From: Prasinococcaceae sp. CCMP 1430 | Lineage: Eukaryota; Plantae; Prasinodermophyta | DNA length: 64,000 nucleotides | Assembly (NCBI GenBank): GCA_013416795.1 | Contig: RQSC01000520.1 | Span: forward strand, 12,046-76,045 | Reading direction: 5' to 3' | Shown here: one piece after another, positions 35,962 through 47,583 of the stretch | Layout: each line of letters starts with the position of its first letter | Position numbering within the stretch: the first letter of the stretch is position 1 | Program-made: the position numbers and the translations under genes | Notes under the pieces: generated by a model | The model's database searches: none | Told to the model about the DNA's origin: nothing | What the model saw: the letters and a program-made list of their open reading frames with translations, nothing else

Positions 35962-36081
35962 ATGCGCAACGACACCGCGGCCAAGCTCGCGGCGGCAACG
36001 TTTGCGGCGGGGCTCGTGTGCGGCCTCATGCTGAGCCGCACGCTGCGGCGGTACCTCGGCAAGCTCTCGAAGGAGCTCTAG
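35962..36081 (+). CDS. Small ORF, 39 aa, one predicted TM helix
   Basis: MRNDTAAKLAAATFAAGLVCGLMLSRTLRRYLGKLSKEL*, translated by hand (below the ORF track cut-off); host-like codon usage. Confidence 0.5.
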   Translation: MRNDTAAKLAAATFAAGLVCGLMLSRTLRRYLGKLSKEL

Positions 36082-36155
36082 AGAGAGAGGGTGACTACAA
36101 CGGCGTGCGCGCGCGGCGCGGGGTGTGAAGCGAAAGAGCCAGCGCGCCAGCTGCC

Positions 36156-38148
36156 ATGGACATCTACGTGGTAGCAGGTCAGAGCAACGCAGCCGGGCGC
36201 GGCGGCGTGCGTCGTGACGCGCAGGGTGTCAAGGCATGGGATGGCGACGTGTCGCACCTGCCGCCGTGTGTGGCCAGCGGCAGCGCAGGCGCGGCCGTGT
36301 TCTCCTTTCGTCCAGACGAGGGGTGGGCCGCCGCTGTGGAACCGTTGCACGCGGGGCTGGAGCGCAAGGGAAAGGTGGCGGGCGTTGGCTTCGCGACTGT
36401 GATGGCGGAGCGCGTGCGGGCGCATACGGGCGCGCACGCGAGCGTGGGCGTCGTGCCATGCGCTCACGGCGAGACAGCAGTGCGCGAGTGGGAGGCAGGA
36501 TCAGGGTGGTGCTACGCGGAGATGTGCGCGCGTGTGCGCGCGGCGCTCGCCGCCGCCCCACCCCACAGCGGAGTGCGTGGCCTTGTGTTCTTCCAGGGCG
36601 AAAGCGACTGTGCGGAAGAAGGGACCGCGCGTGTGTGGCCGGCAGCGGCAGCGGAAGTAGTACGCTCGTTCGCACGTGAGCTTGGGCAGCCGCGCCTAGC
36701 GGCCGTCTTCGTGCTCCCCTCGCCCCTGCCGGATGCGCCCAATGGCCGCGCGCTGTGCAAGCACATCGAAGTGCTGCGCGTGGCTTCCGCCGAGTTCGAC
36801 CTTGCGCGCTCGCTGGCCCCCGACGCGGATGCGTGTGTGATTGACGCCCAGGCGTTGCCGCTCGAGGCAGATGGCGTGCACCTCACCTCAGCAGCACAGG
36901 CGCTTCTCGGTCGGAGGATAGCAGACGCATTCGTATGCGGGGCGGACGCGCTGCTGCCGGAGGTGTCGGTGCTCATGCCATGCCGCAACGCTATGCCTTG
37001 GCTCGCGCTAGCGGTAGGGTCGGTGCTGCTTCAGCGTAGCGTGCGGCTGGAGCTTATCGCTGTGGATGACTCGTCCGTGGACGGCTCGGGAGAATTCCTC
37101 GATGAGCTGGCAGCGCTCCTTGAGGAGGGGCGCGTGGGTGACGGGAGCGACACGGATGCCGCTGCAGCGTCGGCAGCGCAGCGCGCGGTGGAGGCCGCCA
37201 TTGCGCGCGCTGAGCGTGGCGAGACGCCCGAGACCGACTGGGACCGCACGCAATGGGAGGCATGCGACGACTGCAAAGTGCTCACCGCGCATGGACTTGC
37301 CGCGGCGTGGCGCGCACAGCGCGCAGCAGGCGTGGTGGACACGCGGCTTGTGGTGAGGCGTGTGCGAGCGTTCGGCCCAAGCGGTCAGGGTCGTGCGCTC
37401 AATGCCGCGCTGCACGCCGCGCGTGCGCCACTCGTGGGTGAGATGGAGAGCGACGATGTGCGCCCCCTCAACACGTACGCCGTGCTTTGCGAAGAGCTGC
37501 TTGAGGGCGGTAGCGAGCTGGACGGCGTTGCGTCGTGCGTAGGGCTGTGCGGCTGGGAACGCGAAGGAATGCAGCGCTACGCGCGGTGGCAAAATGGGCT
37601 GGTCACCAATGAGGAGATGGAGAGGGGGCGCTGGCTCGAGATTCCTGCGATGCGCGCGAGCGGCCTGTACCGTGCAGGGGCGCTGCGGAGCGTCCTGTGC
37701 GGGTACCGTGACCTCTGGGAGATGGACGCGGACGTGAACGATAGAGAGGAAAGGGACGCCAGGGGGAACGAATCCTCGGGGCTCAAGCGCCGCCGCGTGG
37801 TAGTTGACTGCGCTGTGCCCGAAGGCGTGGATGCATACGCTGCCGCTGCGGCGCGCCCGCCGGAGGGCTGGTGGCCTGTCGATAGCGACTTCTGGATGCG
37901 CTGGTTCGCGGCAGGGCTGCGCATCCGCAAGGTGACGCAAGAGCTGTACCTGTGGCGACAGTACCCGGCGCAGTCGACGCGCACGCACTCGCGCTGCTCA
38001 CTGGAGCGCTTGCGTGCGTGCAAGGCGTACCACCTAATGCAACAATTACGCACGCTCCACGCGGCACAAATCGGCAACACTGGAGCAAGGTAAGGGCGAT
38101 GCTCGCGGCTGCAGACAGGAACACGTCAGCCTTGCGCGCACCTCATTC

Positions 38149-38200
<52 letters not shown>

Positions 38201-38562
38201 ACGCGGGAAGCGGGGCATCCTGGAGGCCGCCCAAATGCCCCCCCCCCGCGCCTCCTCACGGCACCCTCCTTGACCTCCCGCGTGCTAACACTGCTTCTGG
38301 TAGTGCACTTCCGCCTGTGGAGGTGTGGGGCGTTGGCACGTCGCTGGATGGCTGGGTGCAGACGCTGTCTGCGCTGGACGTGCGCGCTCGCAAAGTCGAA
38401 CACAAGCCCGGTGCACCAATGCCCAAACCGCCCAAGGGGGGGCACGCGCGTGGCGAGCGCCCGGCAAGGCTATTTGCATACGGTATGCCCAAGGCGAGGG
38501 CGAAGATATTGAACACGGCCAAAGACTTCGACACCAACTGGGACATCTTTGTGGGGAGCTGA
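36156..38562 (+). CDS. Fusion: SGNH carbohydrate esterase (CE6/SASA) plus GT2 glycosyltransferase; intron 38090-38303
   Basis: VVAGQSNAAGRG, GLVFFQGESD, DGVHLT, then VSVLMPCRNA, LIAVDDSSVDGS, GEMESDD, RYARWQNGL, YLWRQY in one frame; last exon SALPPVEVWGVG. Confidence 0.85.
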
Positions 38563-38738
38563 GCCGTGCGCAGGCCACCCGTGAATATGTGATACAGTGC
38601 ATTTTACAACACGCGCTCGCGCCCCCTACGCGCGAGCGCGCCGATTATGCCTGCACGGCGCGGCGTCTCGCTGAACGCGCGCTCCCATGCCGCCGGGCAC
38701 GCCTGGAGGCGCGTGCGTGTTGATAGCGGTGAGAGAGG

Positions 38739-39573
38739 TCAGCAGCGCTCGTGAGCCAGCGGGCGGTCGCACTGCGCGGGCAGCCAGACGCGCACCTTGA
38801 TGTCCCCTTCGCCGCTCGTCCGCGCTGCGGCCTCGCCAGCGCCGCGTAGCGACGCAATCCACTCGCCAAGCGACGCCAAGCGCTGTTCGAAGCTTTCCCG
38901 CGCGAGACGCTGCTGGTTGCGAGCCACCGCTGCCTGCCGTCCGTTTGCCCCCCGAGCGCGTGTGGTCGCACAACGCGCTTTCGAGTCAGCACTTGCCCCT
39001 CGCAGAGGGCGCGCACCAGAACGCCACACCAGAAGATGCAAATGAGCGCCCAAGGCTTACCTCACTGATACCTACTCCCGTCCATCGGCTTCGCAACCCC
39101 TGCGTCGCCATCTCGAACATCCTCTCGGCAGCCAGCATGTGCAGGCGGAAGGCCTGCAGGCACAGCCGCCGCGTGTGCGCGTCGGCCGGCCGCGGACTCA
39201 CCCATGAGCCCGTCGCCAGCGCCGCGCCCTCGATGCACTGCGCAGCATGCGCCGCACCAGCTGCACCCGCCCATCCGCAGCGCAGGCACAGCGTGAGCAC
39301 CTCGTATGCAAGCCACTCGCCACCACTGCCGCCGCCTCCACCACCCGCGTGCAGCGAGAGCTCTTGAAGCGCAGCGTCCAGCTCGGCGAGCGCGCGGCGG
39401 CACCCCGCGCCGCCGCTGCCGCTCACGAAGGCGTCGGGCGCGGCGCGCAAGTCCGTCGCATGGTGGCGTGCCGCTGCGGACAGACGCTTGGCGAGCGCCA
39501 CCGCCTCAGCCGCAGCCGCCACCGGCTGGGCGGCCGAGGCACCCGCCTGCAGCTGTGCGGTCTCAAGCGACAT
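38739..39573 (-). CDS. Hypothetical protein (two exons likely)
   Basis: Ala-rich ORF 39573-38986 with donor after ...GISE; downstream ORF ...RESFEQRLASLGEWIASLRG...HERC*. No family recognised. Confidence 0.4.
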
Positions 39574-40134
39574 CCTCGCGCCGCTCGCACGCCCGCGCGG
39601 GGAGACGAGGCGCCGCGGCGGGGGGGGCAGCGCCGCCCGGCACGCGCAGGCGCGGATGCGCAGGAAGCGCGACTGGTCCCTCGCGGCTGAGATGGGCCCG
39701 GACCGGGGCCCGCCTCGCCCACTGGGCGAGCAGCGGCCGCCTCCCCTCGGGTGCGCGCCACGCGCGCGCTGTGCGACCCCACGCGCGGCGCAGCGCTTTT
39801 CGATTTTCCCACCCGCTTTTCACGGGGGACTCAGCGGTGCCAGATTTTCAACGATACCAGGGAGAATGGAGAAAATTGCATCGTCATGCATTTTGATAGC
39901 ATCATCCGAAAGCCCTCGATGTGTGGCTGCTAGGGCACGTACCGCCGCGCACCTGCTCCGCCGCCGGGCCGCCGGGCGCTGCCGGCGCGGGCACACACGC
40001 GCACCCGGACGGCAGTCGGGGCGTCGCGTGTCGCGCGGAGAGCTCCATGGCGTCCCTCGCGGCGCACGGCCGCGCGGCGCCCGCGAGCGCGGCGAGCGTG
40101 TGCGCGCGGACGCGCGGACCGCGCCTACTCGCAG

Positions 40135-41316
40135 TGGCTCGCCTTGCCCATCCAACCGGGCGCGCAGCGCATCACCACGCGCTCGGAGCTCGTGCGTGGA
40201 CGCGTGTGGTCCTTTGAACAGACGCAGGGCGTGCTTAATGTGCTCGTCAACGTGCGCATGACGGCCGTCAAACTCAACGACGGACGTCTGCTCATCTGGT
40301 GCCCCATCGCGCCGACGAAGGAGTGCCTGCGACTCGTTGAGGAGATCGGCGAGGTGGCCTACGTGGTGCTGCCAACCACCGCGCTGGAGCACAAGGTCTT
40401 TCTCGGCCCCTTTGCGCGTGCATTTCCCAGCTGTGAGGTGTACGTCGCACCCGGGCAGTACTCGGTGCCACTTAACCTACCACTGAGCTTCCTTGGTCTG
40501 GGCTTCAAGGGCGTGGACGGCGTCCTTGGCGAGTGTGAGTTACCCTTCGCCGACGAATTCGAGGATCCCGCGGTCCTGTCGCTCTCGCTCGGCGCAGGGA
40601 CCTTCACGGAGGTTGCAATGTGCCACCGCGCTACCCGGACGCTCCTGGTGGTTGACAGCATCGTGCAGTGCCCCACGGACCCGCCGGATGTGTGTGTGGC
40701 CGACCCGCGGCCGCTGCTGGCACGCGCCAAGGCCAACGGGATGGAGGAGGACAAGGAGCCCACTCCGCAGGTGCTGCGCGAGGGCTGGGCGAAGACCGCA
40801 CTCTTTGGCCTGTTCTTTCAGCCAATATCAGTGGAGTACAAACCCTCGCCGGCCGCGATTGCTGACATCGATAAGGGCTTCACGTGGACAGACGAGTGGC
40901 GCTCATCTTTCGAGCGCATAAGGAACAAGGTGTTCGTAGCGCCAATTCTGCAGCAAGTGGTACTAAACAAGCGCCCGGGCGCCGTGCTCGCTTGGGTAGA
41001 CGAGGTTGCCGCCATGCGCTTCGACAAGGTGGTGCCTGCCCACCTGCAGGCGCCCATCAAGCTCAGCCCCGCGCAGTTCTCTCGCCGCTTCGACTTCGTC
41101 AGGAGGCTCCAGGCGGAGAGGCAGGCAGCCAGTGACGGCGACGGCATCCGCTCCAAGCCCGCCTTCGGGCTGCCGGCATTGAAGCTGCCGTCGCTAAGCA
41201 GCGGTCTCGGTGGCGCCGTCGGCGCTCCGGTCACTTTCGCCGAGGGCGACATGAAGTTTCTCGCAGATCTTGATGACATCACAGTGAAGAGTGGCTTCGT
41301 CAAACTCGAGGAGTGA
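40135..41316 (+). CDS. DUF4336 family protein (metallo-beta-lactamase-like), cyanobacterial/plastid type; 5' exon unresolved
   Basis: VWSFEQTQGVLNVLVNVRMTAVKL..GRLLIWCPIAPTKEC, LPTTALEHKVF, FTEVAMCHRATRTLLVVD, VPAHLQAP. Confidence 0.82.
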   Translation, partial: WLALPIQPGAQRITTRSELVRGRVWSFEQTQGVLNVLVNVRMTAVKLNDGRLLIWCPIAPTKECLRLVEEIGEVAYVVLPTTALEHKVFLGPFARAFPSCEVYVAPGQYSVPLNLPLSFLGLGFKGVDGVLGECELPFADEFEDPAVLSLSLGAGTFTEVAMCHRATRTLLVVDSIVQCPTDPPDVCVADPRPLLARAKANGMEEDKEPTPQVLREGWAKTALFGLFFQPISVEYKPSPAAIADIDKGFTWTDEWRSSFERIRNKVFVAPILQQVVLNKRPGAVLAWVDEVAAMRFDKVVPAHLQAPIKLSPAQFSRRFDFVRRLQAERQAASDGDGIRSKPAFGLPALKLPSLSSGLGGAVGAPVTFAEGDMKFLADLDDITVKSGFVKLEE

Positions 41317-41444
41317 GGATGGCGGGCGAGTATTGTACAGGGGCGCCGCACGTGTAATAAGGCAATGAAGTATACGAAGAGGCACGCGCGCGCGCTCGGC
41401 CGTTTTGGAATCGAAGTGGTGAGCTCTGGGACTGGTGCGTGTTT

Positions 41445-43668
41445 TTACTCGTCGCCTGCCATCGCCTCCAGCTTGTGCTTGGCCAAGAAGGCCGCCAGGC
41501 CGGCCTCCGCGTCGTCCTCACCAAGCAGAGTCTCGAGCTTGAGTCCGCTCTGCGCGAGCAGTTCCTTGGCCTTGGCCTCCCCCGCGCCCTCAGTGTCTGC
41601 AACCCAGCGCAGCAAATGGCACACAAGCGCGAGCCCCGGGCCAAACTTCACGAGGTCGCCCTCATTGGCATCTGCCACTGCCTTGCCCACGTCGCCGAGC
41701 GCGAGCACGCCCTCGAGAACGAAGCGCGCAAGAAGCCCACCAATGAACTCTGGCGCACGCGGCAGGTCCATGGCAGCTTCGTCCAGCCCCTCGATGATCG
41801 CGTTGGCGCCTGCGCACACATGGGCGGGCGTGAAGACTGGCGGGGCCTTCTTGCCGTCGGCGCCCTCGCCCTCGCCTTCCTTCAGCAGTTGGAGAATGAG
41901 GTCGCCCATGAGCGCAAAATAGCCCTTGAGGTCGCCCTTCTGCGAGTACGTCGCCTCGGCCATCTTCGCGATGACGAGGCCATGCTGCGCAGGTGCCTTC
42001 AGCTCGGCCACGCACAGGATAGCCTCCTTGAGCCCCGCCTCGCGCAGGCCGTAGTACTCGGCGATGAGGGCCTTGGTCTTCTTCTCGATGTGCTCCTCCG
42101 AGTGCCCAGCTGGCGCCTCCGGCTTGGGCGGAGCCTTGGGCGCCTCCTGTGACGGCGGCGCCCCCCTGCCGGGGGCGTTCGGCAGGATTCCACGTCCAGG
42201 CGGGCCTGGCGGCCTGGGTGGGCCGGGCGGGCCGGGCCGCCCGGGCGGGCCGAGGCGGGCCGGGCGGGCCGGGCGGGCCGCGCATCCCACCAGGTGCGTT
42301 GCCCATTGGACGAAGCCCTGGCGGGCCCGGTGGCCCACCCCCCGCGCCGCCACGCGCGCCCTGCCCGCTCATCATGCCGCCGCGGGGGCCCAGCACGCCA
42401 CCAGCGCCCGCAGCGCCCTGCGAGAGCGGCCTGCGATTGGGCGGCTCGTCGCGGCGGAAGCCGCCGCCGATGGGCCCGTTGTTGGGGTTGCCCATGAAGC
42501 CGCCGCTGTTGCCTCTCCTGAAGTCACCCGGTCCAGAATCGAACCCGCGGCTGGGGCCGCCGCGCATGCCACCGCGCATGTTGCCCGCGGCCTTGCGCTG
42601 TGCCTCCATCTGCGCCTCGCGGTGCACATCCTCGATCTTTTTGGGGCCCTCCTTCTTGCGGCGCGCGCGCCAGCCGTGGCCACGCATCTCAATCAGATCT
42701 GCCAACAGGAAGCGGATGCGCGACGACGTGTTCTCCTTGTCACGCGACAAATCCCTGATGCGGCGGAAGTACGCTTCAATGTGCGCCTTGGCGTCAGGGG
42801 TGTCGAGCATCTCGCCCACTGTGCTGAGCAGCTTGCATAGCGCCTCCAAAGTGTCCTCCTCGGGCGGCGCCTGCAGCAAGTTTTGCACGCAGATATGCAT
42901 GATCTTGTCGGTAATCATGCGCTGCTTGTACAGCTCGCCCACAAAGGTGACATTGTTGAGCGACTTCTTGCGGCGCATCATCTCCTCGTACTCCTCTTTC
43001 TCGCGCGCGAGGCGCTCGTCATATTCGCGCTTCTTCTTCTCCTCCGCGGTCTCCTCCTTCTTCTCCTCGCCCGCGTTGGCCTTGTCGCCCTCCTCTTTCT
43101 CGACTTCGTCGCCATCCTTCTTCTCCTCCTGGTCGGCGTCATCACCTTCCTTCTTCTCCTCCTTGTCCTCCTTCTTCTCCTCGCCGTCCTCCTTCTTCTT
43201 CAGGCCCTGGATGACTGTGTCAAATTTCTCCTGGCACTTCGCGAGCATGAGCTTCTTGAAGGTGAGCTTCGCGCCGTTCTCCTCGAACACTGGAACATCG
43301 GCGTTGAGTCGCGCGCAGAGCTGAGCATAGAGCTCGCAGAACGTAGGCTCGAGAAGCGCCTTGTCGAAGATCAGTGAGATGACGCCACGCAGCATGGAGA
43401 TCGAGTCGATGCCGACGCCCATGATCTTTTCGAGGAGCGTCTCGAAGTTCTCCGGCGTCAGCTTGTTGAGGAGACCAATCAGGACCTTCATGCGCCTCTC
43501 GTCCTCCTCGAGGTCCTCGCTCTTGACGGGCGCCCACTTGTTTTCCGTCTTGTGCAGCTCAGGCAACGGGCCAGTAATGATGCCCTGCGGCATGGGCATG
43601 TCGCCACCGCGGCGACCGCCACGCCTATCCGGTGGCGGCGGCGGCAACGCCTTGCCACGTTCCCACAT

Positions 43669-43715
<47 letters not shown>

Positions 43716-45731
43716 GGGGGCCGCCGTGGTGGAAATCGCGCCCGCCGCCGCCGCGAGGCGGACCGCCACCCATGCCATGCATGCGCGCACTCGCGATGCC
43801 AAGCGGCTTAATCTGCGCGGGGTTCAAGTGGCCCATCGGATGCCCACCTGGAGACAGCATCGGGCCGTCATGTCCGCCATGTCCGCCTCCGCCGCCGCCA
43901 CGACGCTCCCAGTTGCCGTCCGAGCCCCCACCGCCGCCGCCGCGCCCGCGGCGTCCGCCGCCGCCACCGCCACCCATGCCTGGGGGCGGTCCACCCGCCG
44001 CCGCCTGCAACCTCTGCTGCTCATACGGAAAGAAAACCTCGAGCTTCTGCACGATGTCAGGCGCCACCGTGTTGAAGACGCGCACGGCCTGCAACCAGTC
44101 CCTCGGGTAGCGCTTCACCCCGTCGTCGCCCATGGGTGGGCACGGGGGCGGGGCCTTTGGCTTCTCAGGCTCTGCCGGGGGTGCTTTGAGACCAGGAGGA
44201 CCACCAGCCGCCGGTTTGTCCGCCTCCTTGGCCTCGTCGCTGGCCTTGCTCTCACCGTCGGCCTTGGGCTCGTGGTCGGCCTTGGGCTCCTCCGCCTTGG
44301 GCTCCTCCGCCTTGAGCTCCTCCTCCTTGGGCTCCTCGGCCTTGGGCTCGTCGTCGGCCTTGGGCTCCTCGGCCTTGGGCTCATCCACCTTGGGCTTCTC
44401 CGCCGTGGGCTCAACCTTAGTCGATTCCTCGTTGTCAGCAATCGACATGGAACCGATCTCGGCGGCGATGGCGGCGACACCATCGGTGCCCGGCGCGGGC
44501 TCGGCCTTTGCCGGCGCGGGCTCAACCTTCGGCGAAGCGGCGTTGTCCGCGGCCGGCACTTCAGGCCTCGCCTCCTCCTGTTTGGGCTCAGCCTGATCCT
44601 TCGGCGCCTTGACGGCCGCTGGCTCGGATGCCGTTGCAGCCGGCATCTCCGGGGCAGGTTCGGCCTTCGCGGCTTCGGTCACGTCGGCCTTGGCCTCACC
44701 CTCCTTCTTGTCGGGCGATGCCTTCACCTCCTTGCCGCTGTTGGGGTTGACAATCTTGATAGCCGCACTTACGCGCTTCTTGGCGGGCGCGGCCACCGGC
44801 GTGCCCCGCGCGGGCGCCTGCGGCGGCCCACCCGGCTGCGCCACCTGGGGCACCTGCCCTGGGAAGCCAGCCGCTGGGCCGGCCCCGCTCGCACCGACCT
44901 GCGGAGGCATGCCTTGCATGTGCCCGCCGGGCATGCCGCCCAACGGCGGCGGCTGCTGTCCGGGCGCGCCGGGCATGGGAAACATGCCCGGCACGCCAGG
45001 CGCGCCGGCGAGCCCTGGTGGCATGCCCGGCATGCCCGGAATCGGCGGCATGCCTGGCATGCCGAGCGGCGGCGCCATGCCTATGCCGCCGGGCTTGATC
45101 GACGGCACTGAGCCGAACGCGGGCATGCCGCCCATCGCGCCGTCGAGGCCGGCGGCTCCCATGCCGGGAATCCCGTGCGGCAGGCCGAGGGACGTCGGGG
45201 GGGGCGCCAGGAAGCCCTCGGGCGGTGGCGAGGCGCTCATCATGCCAAGCACACTCGCGCCGGGCGGCGTGCCGATGGGCATTGCGCCCATGCCGTCGAG
45301 CTGGTCGGGCAGGCGCATGCCGGCAATGGGTATGCCAGGGGCGCTGGCGCTCACGCCGGGCGGCGGCGCGAGCCCTGGCGCGGGCGGCACGCCAGAGCTA
45401 GCGCCGAGAATATCGCCGCCGATCGAGCCGAACTGCGGGAGCGGACCACCCGCGCCGAGCGGGGCTGGCTGCGCGGCCGTCGGCATGGGCATGGGCGCAC
45501 CTGGATTCAAAGCGGCCTGCGGCAGCGCGGGGGCGCCGCCCTTGCTGGCGCCTGCGGGCGAGCAATGGCACCACGCATCGGCGGCACGGGGTGCGCAAGA
45601 TGTGTCAGCGACGACTATCTGCCTCGACGCGCGCGGACTCGCACACAACGCCATACGGAGAGGGTAGCGCAATCCGCTCGCCGCTCGCCGGCTGGCACGA
45701 ACCTCTCCCTCCGCCGCGGCCGCTGCCGCGG
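41445..45731 (-). CDS. eIF4G: Translation initiation factor eIF4G (MIF4G plus MA3); 1-nt frameshift near 42252; intron 45702-45552; further 5' exons upstream of the foreign insert
   Basis: eIF4E-binding KRYPRDWLQ; MIF4G GLLNKLTPENF...IFDKALLEPTFCELYAQLC; MA3 KALIAEYY...EAILCVAEL in the alternative frame. Confidence 0.92.
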
Positions 45732-45735
45732 CTGG

Positions 45736-46187
45736 TCGTCGTCGTGGCGCTCGTGCTCTCTTTCGCCCTCTCCGCCTGGTACATCCTTGACGGCGCGGGG
45801 ACGGGAATGTCCTCCGTAGAGATGTCTCTGGAGACCGGGGCCGCCGGGGCGCTGATCGCGGGCACAGACGATATGATCGCGCCTCATGTCTGGTCGTTCC
45901 GCTACGCCGTGGTCGTGTTCGTCATGTGGTGGCTGATGATGGTCGCCATGATGATACCCAGCGCGGCCCCCACCGTTTTGCTTTACGGCGCGCTGTATAG
46001 AGAGCGTGGCGCGTTGGGGGCGCTCGAATTCCTCGCCGGATATCTTACGATCTGGGGCGCGTTCAGCCTTGCAGCGACCCTGGTTCAGGGGCTTTTGGCG
46101 TCAATCGGCCTGATGTCGGCGATGTACATGAACGTCGGCAGCACATACCTGGCGGCCGTGGTTCTGATCGGAGCCGGGGTCTATCAA
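45736..46187 (+). pseudogene. Truncated bacterial DUF2182 (predicted metal-binding integral membrane protein) fragment, foreign
   Basis: AWYILDGAGTGMS...MWWLMMVAMMIPSAAPTVLLY...FLAGYLTIWGAFS...LIGAGVYQ; breaks off at GVYQ; no introns or (GC)n tracts. Confidence 0.8.
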
Positions 46188-46359
46188 TGTTTTATATATT
46201 AAACATTTAAAAGAAAATCAACATGTCTGTACAACGTGTGGTTATCATTTACGTATGAATAGTACGGACCGTATTCAATGTTTAGTTGACGAAGGAACAT
46301 GGATTCCATTATTTACAGAATTAACACCTACTGACCCATTATCCTTTAAAGATAAACGT
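46188..46359 (+). pseudogene. accD: Plastid-type accD fragment (zinc-finger region), AT-rich, NUPT-like
   Basis: Frame from 46189: VLYIKHLKENQHVCTTCGYHLRMNSTDRIQCLVDEGTWIPLFTELTPTDPLSFKDKR; A/T-ending codons, unlike the host. Confidence 0.9.
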
Positions 46360-47583
46360 GGCGGAGTTGTAATGAGGTGTGATGGATGGGGGCAGGGGGT
46401 AGTGCGAGAGGGGGGCTCACTGCGTCAGCTCTGCGTTGGCTCGCGCGTGCGCACAGCGCACGTCGCGGGTAGGGTCGCGCGCGCGCGGCGGCGCTGCTAA
46501 GGTCTACGCCTCGCGGCCACATGGCGCAGCGCACAGGCTGCAGAGGCGGGATGCGGGGCGGGGTAGCGGAGCGAGGCGATCCGCGCGCCTCGCGCACGCC
46601 CGGTGCCCCGCGGCGGGCGCGCACACGCGGGCCACATGGCGCCGCCACGCGGGGGGGGCGCATTCCCGCCAGCAGGCAAAAAAAAAAATGCGTCACCCGC
46701 GCTGGACGGGCCCGCCACCGCCACCGCTGCGGCTGCGCCAGCGGACGCTGACACTGTGGCTGGGATCACGGTGCTGCCGCCCGCGAGGGCTGCTGCGGAA
46801 CCCTCCCCCGTGCCTGGCCCTGCCTGCGCGCAGCAGCGGCTGCCGCTGCCGCCAGCCTGCCCCCGCGCGAGTGCATGGGCACGCTAGTGCGCGCGCGCAC
46901 ACGCCAGCAAAAAAAAAAATCGCGCGATCGATCGGCAGGCACGGCCACGCAGCGCACATCGCGCAGCGCGCAATCGAGAGGTGCCGGGGGTGGGGGTGAG
47001 AGGCAGAGGGGAAGTGGGGTCTCCCATCCTCCAACGACACTCGCGCGCCCTCTCCCCACCCTGTCGCTCCTCCCCCCCCCCGTCCCGCCGCGCGACGCAC
47101 CCCCTTCCGCCGCGGCCTGCCCCGCGGCCGCCGCCGCCGACGCGTGCGCGCGCCAAGCCGCCGCGCCAAACCGCGCGCGCGCGCGCGCCTGGCCGAACGG
47201 CGAAACCCAAACCCTGCCCCCATGCGCACACATCAGAATGCACCTCTCGAGAGGCGATTCGGACCCTGGTGGAGACTCACCCCAACGCGCGGCACACGGC
47301 GCGCGCGCGCGCGCGGTTGGGTTCGCTCCACCTGCCGGCCTCGGCGCAGCGCGCGCGCACAGGCGTTTTTTTTTTTTTTTTTGGATGCGGGGTGGGGCCG
47401 AGCGACCGGGCCCGGGAGCTGCGGGCCCAGGAGCTGCGGGGTGGGCTGCTGGGTGGCCGAGCGGCGGCACGCGCGAGGTGGCGGACGGACGGATGCGCCT
47501 ACAATTGATTATCACCCGACAGCGGTCCCGCCGCCCGCCCGGGGTGGGGGGTGGAGGGTGGGAGGGCACCGCGCACCGTTCGT

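Noticed and set aside
38150-38200. Poly-C runs (51 nt here, 51 nt at 49893-49943, 32 nt at 35629-35660) as G-quadruplex elements
   Set aside because: Two runs of identical length 51 suggest a k-mer or sequencing artefact; true lengths are unknowable from this sequence.
45656-46366. CGGAG 5-bp direct repeat as a target-site duplication around the insert
   Set aside because: 45661-45735 reads as host intron plus a phase-compatible eIF4G exon, so the left boundary is ~45736; the match is probably chance.
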